From: Longimicrobiales bacterium
GTDB lineage: Bacteria; Gemmatimonadota; Gemmatimonadetes; Longimicrobiales; Gaopeijiaceae
NCBI GenBank assembly: GCA_965248195.1
Contig: CBDFIQ010000002.1
Coordinates: 2,048,001-2,112,000 of the forward strand
Length of the DNA stretch: 64,000 bases
Direction: 5' to 3'
The notes under the pieces are model-generated. The model had not been told where the DNA came from, did not search any database, and saw nothing but the letters and a program-made list of their open reading frames with translations. The position numbers and the translations under genes are program-made. Below, piece after piece: positions 58,807-64,000 of this stretch (the stretch's first letter is position 1; each line of letters begins with the position of its first letter).

Positions 58807-60035
58807 TGGCACTCATCTTGTTCGACGATGAACGGGCCCGGGCCTGGACTCCCTTTAGCGTGACGCGGCCAGCCGGAGAGTTGTTGTTCGGATGTCTGAC
58901 GCTCCGTGAGCGCGCGGAACGCTTCTGGGGAGAGCCCTGCGTCGGACACGTCACGGATCCGGGCCTCGAAGGATTTGCGGAACCCGGAGCCGCGGCAGTC
59001 CTCGACCCCGCCGCACCAGACCCTGCGCCCGGACCCGGGGAGGAGACGACACGGATTCTCTTCTCGAGCCGGGCGGTCCCGGATTTCGTCCCCGCCCCTC
59101 CCGCCCACGAGCCGGCGGTCCTCACCGTGCAAGGCCAGATCGTCGGCTGGGTTCTTCCGCCCGGGAAAGACTCTCCGGAAGAGAGCGATCTATTGAACCC
59201 GGACGGCTTCGACATGGGTCTTCCGCAAATCGAGATCCCGGGCCGAGTCCTGTCGAACATCTGGGATCTGGTGGCTGGAAATGGGGAACAGGTGTGCTCC
59301 GACGTGACCGTTCTCTTTCCTGAGAGCCGGTTCAGCTTGCCGGAGGGCGTTCACGTCTCCGGCGCCGAACGAGTGTCGCTGGGAGAGAAGGTCCATCTGG
59401 AAGCGGGCGTTCATTTGGACGCCGCCGATGGGCCTATCCGATTATCGGACGGCGCTCACGTCTCCGCCTTCACGCGCTTGGCAGGGCCCGCCTTTATCGG
59501 TCCCGACACGCACGTCCTCGGTGGATCAATCGGAAACGTCACCATCGGACCCGCCTGTCGCGTCAGGGGCGAGGTCTCCAGCACAGTCTTCCTGGGCTAC
59601 GTCAACAAGGCTCACGAAGGATACCTCGGCCACGCTTACCTCGGCAGATGGGTGAACCTCGGCGCGCTCACGACGAACAGCGACCTCAAGAACAACTATG
59701 GCAATGTACGGGTCCACATGGCGGAAGGGCTCGTTGATACTGGACTCATCAAGGTTGGATGTTTCTTGGGCGATCACGTGAAGACCGGCATCGGCACTTT
59801 GCTGCCGACCGGCTGTGTCGTGGGTGCCGGTAGCAACCTCTTCGGTGGCCTCATGGCTCCGCCGCATGTCCCGCCATTCAGTTGGGGTTCGGGAGACCGT
59901 CTCGAGGAGTACGATATCGGGCGCTTCCTGGACACGGCTGGACTCGCCATGTCTCGTAGGGAGATGTCACTTGAGAAGGGCAGCCGGAGACTTCTTCAAC
60001 GGGCGTGGGACCGGACACGTCCGGAGCGCGAATGA
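58806..60035 (+). CDS. GlmU-related putative sugar nucleotidyltransferase/acyltransferase with left-handed beta-helix
   Basis: PFS-TRP-GEL-FG--TLRER, hexapeptide repeats, NKAHEGYLGH-Y-G-WVNLGA-T-NSDLKN-Y and GDH-KT-IG. Confidence 0.85.
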   Translation: MALILFDDERARAWTPFSVTRPAGELLFGCLTLRERAERFWGEPCVGHVTDPGLEGFAEPGAAAVLDPAAPDPAPGPGEETTRILFSSRAVPDFVPAPPAHEPAVLTVQGQIVGWVLPPGKDSPEESDLLNPDGFDMGLPQIEIPGRVLSNIWDLVAGNGEQVCSDVTVLFPESRFSLPEGVHVSGAERVSLGEKVHLEAGVHLDAADGPIRLSDGAHVSAFTRLAGPAFIGPDTHVLGGSIGNVTIGPACRVRGEVSSTVFLGYVNKAHEGYLGHAYLGRWVNLGALTTNSDLKNNYGNVRVHMAEGLVDTGLIKVGCFLGDHVKTGIGTLLPTGCVVGAGSNLFGGLMAPPHVPPFSWGSGDRLEEYDIGRFLDTAGLAMSRREMSLEKGSRRLLQRAWDRTRPERE

Positions 60036-60081
60036 CCGGGCGGGCGGGAGTGGCTTTCGAACTCGCGGGACACCCCCCCCG

Positions 60082-60903
60082 GTGAAGGTCTGCGTGCTCG
60101 GAACTGGCAGCGCTGGCAACGCTACGCTCGTCGAGGCGGGTGGGACGAGAATTCTGGTCGACGCCGGCTTCAGCGGCCGGAAGCTGGAGGGGAGGCTTCG
60201 TGAGATCGGCCTGACCCCTGAATCGGTCCACGCCATCGTTATCACGCACGATCATCACGACCACACCCATGGAGCCGGAATTTTCAGCCGCCGTCATGGC
60301 ACGCCGGTCTACATCACGGACCGGACACGTGCGGCATGCTCCGGCATCTTCCACGGCACCGAGCCCCTGAGGCCCTATCAGTCGGGCCGGATATTCCAAA
60401 TCGGCGCGATCCGCGTCGAGCCCTTCTTGACCGTGCACGATGCAGCGGATCCAGTTGCCGTGGCCTTAGTGGACCGACAAACCGGGACACGGGTGGGGAT
60501 CGCGACAGACCTAGGGCGGCCCAATGCTCAGATCCGGCTCGCGCTCGAAAACAGCGATTTCTTGATCCTTGAGTCCAACCACGACGAGGAGCTCCTTCGC
60601 ACGGGCCGGTATCCAGCATCGGTGCAGCAGAGAATCGCCTCGAGCCACGGGCACCTGTCGAATCACGCGGCGGCCCGCTTCGCCTGTGAGCTTCTCCACC
60701 CACGCCTTGCGGGGGTTCTGCTGGCGCACCTTTCTCAGGAATGCAACCGTCCGGAGCTGGCCTCGGCCGTGGTCGGGGAGGCGTTGCGCGGGGCCGGATT
60801 CCAGGGATTCTTGGAAGTCGCCCTCCAGGATCAGCCCACCGACTTCATCGACATCGAGGAATTGAGACGGCGGACCGGCCCCGCACAATTCAGCCTTCTC
60901 TGA
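60082..60903 (+). CDS. MBL-fold metallo-hydrolase (YycJ/WalJ-like)
   Basis: LGTGS-GN, DAG, THDHHDH, HDA-DP, TDLG, ESNHD, GHLSN and HLS--CN; GTG start at 60082. Confidence 0.9.
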   Translation: MKVCVLGTGSAGNATLVEAGGTRILVDAGFSGRKLEGRLREIGLTPESVHAIVITHDHHDHTHGAGIFSRRHGTPVYITDRTRAACSGIFHGTEPLRPYQSGRIFQIGAIRVEPFLTVHDAADPVAVALVDRQTGTRVGIATDLGRPNAQIRLALENSDFLILESNHDEELLRTGRYPASVQQRIASSHGHLSNHAAARFACELLHPRLAGVLLAHLSQECNRPELASAVVGEALRGAGFQGFLEVALQDQPTDFIDIEELRRRTGPAQFSLL

Positions 60904-60915
60904 AGCTCTGGGCCT

Positions 60916-62301
60916 CTAAATCCCGAACAGCCTCAGGATGTCGTTGGACAGGGCCCAGAGCATGATCCCCATGATGATCAGGAATCCAAAGTGACTCCAT
61001 CTCAGCCTCTGCTCGACCGAAAGCGCCTTGCCACGTACGGCCTCGATGCCGAGGAACACGAGGTGGCCACCGTCCAGAATCGGAATGGGAAGCAAGTTGA
61101 GAACCGCCAGATTCACCGAAAACAGAGCCATGAAACGCAAGAAGGTTTCCATCCCGCGCTGTGCGGCCTGTCCGGAGGCGGCGCCGATGGTGACGATGCT
61201 GCCCACCGACCGTGGTGAAACTCCGCCCGTCACCAGGTCGCCAAGAAATCCCAGGATCAACGCGCTGATGCCCACTGTCTCGGCGTAGCCAAGCTGCACG
61301 GCTTGGATGAGCGAGACGTCCCGATGCGCCAACTCTCCAAGTGGGGGAAAGATCCCGACCTTTCCCACACGGACGCGCTCCCCCGTCACCGGATGGTCCT
61401 CCATGGTGGCTTCCGGCGTCACGACCCTGGTGAGGGACCGACCGCCTCGCTCTAGGGAAAGCTCCGTCCGGACGCCCGGGCGAGCTTCGACGACATCCAC
61501 GAAGTCGTACCAGTTGGTCATCGGCACGCCACCCGCCACCAGGACCCGATCCCCGGCCTCGAGCCCGCCACGCTCCGCGGGCGACCCCGGGTTCACGGCG
61601 CCGACTTCCGCATCGATCCAGGGCGCAAGGCCTCGCAGAATCTGGGCCCTCGCCTGCGGATCCGAGGGGATGTCGATCTCGACCACCTCCCCGCCCGGTT
61701 CACTCGTGACGATCGTAAGGGGCCCCGCCGGCGCCTCTAAGAAGCCATCCCGCACATCGCCCCAATGGTCCACCTGACGGTCTCCGACAGAGATCAGCCG
61801 AGTTCCGGGAAGCAACTCGGCCAGCGCTTCCGCGCCGGGTGGAAGCAACTCCGCCCGAACCCGACCCAAGCGATCCTCGGCAAGCTCCTGAAGCCCCCAG
61901 GCGGCGTTCACGCCCGTATACACGGCGAACGCGAACAGCATGTTCATGATCACGCCGGCGGAAATCACGAACGTCCTGGCCCATATGGGCTTGCCGTCGA
62001 AGTCGCTCGCCCTGGGCTGGCGAGGCTTATCGACCGCCCCTCCCTCGGCCCCCTCCTCGGCCCCCCCCTCGAGCCGCTCCATCACCTCGTCGTCCATTCC
62101 ACCCATCTTCACGTATCCGCCAAGCGGCACCCAGCTTATCACATACTCGGTTTCGCCCCTCTGGAAGCCGAAAATCGTCGGCCCCAACCCGATCGAGAAG
62201 CGCTGCACCTCGATGCCCACGGACTTCGCCGCGAGGAAGTGGCCGAGTTCATGGACGAAAATGAGGACGCCAAGTACGACGATGGTCGCAAGAATCGTCA
62301 T
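60916..62301 (-). CDS. rseP: RIP metalloprotease RseP
   Basis: HELGH, PLGGYVKM, two PDZ-like domains and NLLPIP-LDGG. Confidence 0.96.
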   Translation of the reverse strand: MTILATIVVLGVLIFVHELGHFLAAKSVGIEVQRFSIGLGPTIFGFQRGETEYVISWVPLGGYVKMGGMDDEVMERLEGGAEEGAEGGAVDKPRQPRASDFDGKPIWARTFVISAGVIMNMLFAFAVYTGVNAAWGLQELAEDRLGRVRAELLPPGAEALAELLPGTRLISVGDRQVDHWGDVRDGFLEAPAGPLTIVTSEPGGEVVEIDIPSDPQARAQILRGLAPWIDAEVGAVNPGSPAERGGLEAGDRVLVAGGVPMTNWYDFVDVVEARPGVRTELSLERGGRSLTRVVTPEATMEDHPVTGERVRVGKVGIFPPLGELAHRDVSLIQAVQLGYAETVGISALILGFLGDLVTGGVSPRSVGSIVTIGAASGQAAQRGMETFLRFMALFSVNLAVLNLLPIPILDGGHLVFLGIEAVRGKALSVEQRLRWSHFGFLIIMGIMLWALSNDILRLFGI

Positions 62302-62346
62302 TCGGTCTCCAATATCCTTCTCAATGGCCTTCCTTCATATCCATTC

Positions 62347-63519
62347 TCAGCCACCCGCCAGCGACCGATGTGAGCACACGAACTCACGGGCCGCCATGCG
62401 CGCCGCCGTATCCGCCTCCAATACGTCATCCACCGTCTCCACGTTCCGTTTCGGAACCGTTTCCAACGCATGCACCACGACTTCCGGCATCTCGAGAAAG
62501 CGGATGTCCCCCGAGAGAAAGGACTGTACAGCGGCTTCGTTCGCCGCGTTGAACACGGCGGGCGCGGTGCCTCCACGAATTCCCGCTTCCACTCCGAGCG
62601 CGAATAGTTCGAATCGCTCCCGATCGATCTCCTCGAAGGTCAGCGGCGAAGAACGAACCGGATCGAACGTCCTCAGCGAAGCATCCACCACACGCTCCGG
62701 ATGGGCCAAAGCATACAGGATCGGTAACTCCATCGTCGGGAATCCGAGTTGCGCGAGCACCGAGCCGTCAGTGAACTCCACAAAAGAGTGAACGATGGAT
62801 TGTGGATGTACGATGGCCTCGATCTTTTCGTAGTTGATGCCGTAGAGGAAATGCGCTTCAATGACTTCGAGTGCCTTGTTGGCCAGAGTGGCTGAGTCGA
62901 CCGTAATCTTCGCGCCCATATCCCACGTCGGGTGGCGGAGCGCATCTTCCGGGCCAACTCGCTCCATCTCGCTTCGCTCGAGCCCGCGAAAGGGTCCGCC
63001 CGAGGCTGTCAGCACGAGACGCGCCACAGACGCGGGGTCTTGGCCCGCCAGACATTGGAGAATGGCCGAGTGCTCGCTGTCGATCGGGATCAGCTCCCCA
63101 CCACCCTCGCGGGCCGCATCGACGACCAGAGGCCCTCCGGCCACGAGTGACTCTTTATTGGCCAACGCCAGGCGCTTTCCCGCACGGAGTGCGGCGAGGG
63201 TCGCCTCCAACCCCGCGGACCCGACGATGGCGTTCACCACCACGTCCACCTTCGCATCCTCCACCAATTCCAGCACTGCGGCATGCCCGCTTCTCCAATC
63301 AGCGGTGGGGAGGCTGTCGACGCCGTTGAGAGCCTCCGGGTCGGCGATCACTGCGACAGGTATGCCATATTCGACTACCTGCGCCGCCACATCATCCACA
63401 GAGCCGTGTGCGCAAACCGCAACGACTTGAAAACGGTCCGCATGACGACCTATCACGGAAAGAGTGGCTCGGCCGATGGAGCCGGTCGACCCGAGGATGG
63501 CGACCCTGGTCAAAGCCAC
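62347..63519 (-). CDS. dxr: 1-deoxy-D-xylulose 5-phosphate reductoisomerase
   Basis: LGSTGSIG, LANKESLV, PIDSEH, TASGGPF, HPTW-MG-KITVDSAT and NAANE. Confidence 0.97.
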   Translation of the reverse strand: MALTRVAILGSTGSIGRATLSVIGRHADRFQVVAVCAHGSVDDVAAQVVEYGIPVAVIADPEALNGVDSLPTADWRSGHAAVLELVEDAKVDVVVNAIVGSAGLEATLAALRAGKRLALANKESLVAGGPLVVDAAREGGGELIPIDSEHSAILQCLAGQDPASVARLVLTASGGPFRGLERSEMERVGPEDALRHPTWDMGAKITVDSATLANKALEVIEAHFLYGINYEKIEAIVHPQSIVHSFVEFTDGSVLAQLGFPTMELPILYALAHPERVVDASLRTFDPVRSSPLTFEEIDRERFELFALGVEAGIRGGTAPAVFNAANEAAVQSFLSGDIRFLEMPEVVVHALETVPKRNVETVDDVLEADTAARMAAREFVCSHRSLAGG

Positions 63520-64000
63520 GGACGGATCAGGAGGAGGAGGGCATAGGTGAACGGCACAGTGAAAAACAGTGCATCCAACCGATCGAGGACGCCCCCATGG
63601 CCCGGGAAAAGATGGCTCGAGTCCTTCACCCCCGCATCGCGTTTGATCACCGACTCAGCGAGGTCGCCGACTTGCCCGACAATCGCGATCGGAAGGCTTA
63701 GCGCCGCCGCCACCGGCCAAGACAGGGCGAACTCAGGGACGTCCGAAAGCCAAAGCCGAGCGAACACGCCACCGGCCAGTACGGACCCCACCAGCCCTCC
63801 GATGGCCCCGACCACCGTCTTGTTCGGACTCACGGCCTCGATCAGCTTCGCCTTGCCCCACCGGGATCCAGAGCCATAGGCGAAGGTGTCCCCCAACCAG
63901 GTCACCCAGATGGGAAAAATGAGTAGTGCAGCACCATGGAAATCGGTCGCTCCGTTGGAAACTTGGTCGGGAAGCGCACGAAGTAAGACCCAGAACGACA
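63510..64000 (-). CDS. cdsA: Phosphatidate cytidylyltransferase (3' part; runs off the window)
   Basis: D--AY--G, SPNKT--G, GDL-ES--KR--GVKDS and PGHGG-LDR-D. Confidence 0.95.
   Translation of the reverse strand, partial: SFWVLLRALPDQVSNGATDFHGAALLIFPIWVTWLGDTFAYGSGSRWGKAKLIEAVSPNKTVVGAIGGLVGSVLAGGVFARLWLSDVPEFALSWPVAAALSLPIAIVGQVGDLAESVIKRDAGVKDSSHLFPGHGGVLDRLDALFFTVPFTYALLLLIRPWL

Overview
A GC-rich (roughly 64% by eye), densely coding bacterial core-genome segment with about 58 genes, mostly on the minus strand. Gene content and order suggest Gemmatimonadota or a related FCB-group lineage (inference only). It holds the rimP-nusA-L7Ae-infB-DUF503-rbfA-truB-ribF-rpsO-pnp superoperon and mreBCD-mrdA-rodA-accD-folC. 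It also holds hisS-proS-lysA-guaA, gatCAB, pcrA/uvrD, serS, murA, clpB, trxA, rsmI, cdsA-dxr-rseP and a response regulator-manC-GlmU-like-MBL hydrolase operon. I saw no rRNA, tRNA, CRISPR array, IS element, integrase or phage genes. The most unusual part is the left 10.7 kb: a tightly coupled cluster of exported proteins (DUF4159, a large DUF4175-like coiled-coil protein, a TPR protein and a secreted class I glutamine-amidotransferase-like Cys/His hydrolase), followed directly by a RadC-like JAB domain fused to a DinG helicase whose first Fe-S cysteine is replaced by Ser. Other notable features are a decayed PII-like pseudogene absent from the ORF track, an 11 x 21-bp repeat in nusA, a Cys-to-Asp MurA and candidate RNA leaders for rpsO, pnp and rimP. 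All family calls come from motif recognition by eye; no searches were run.
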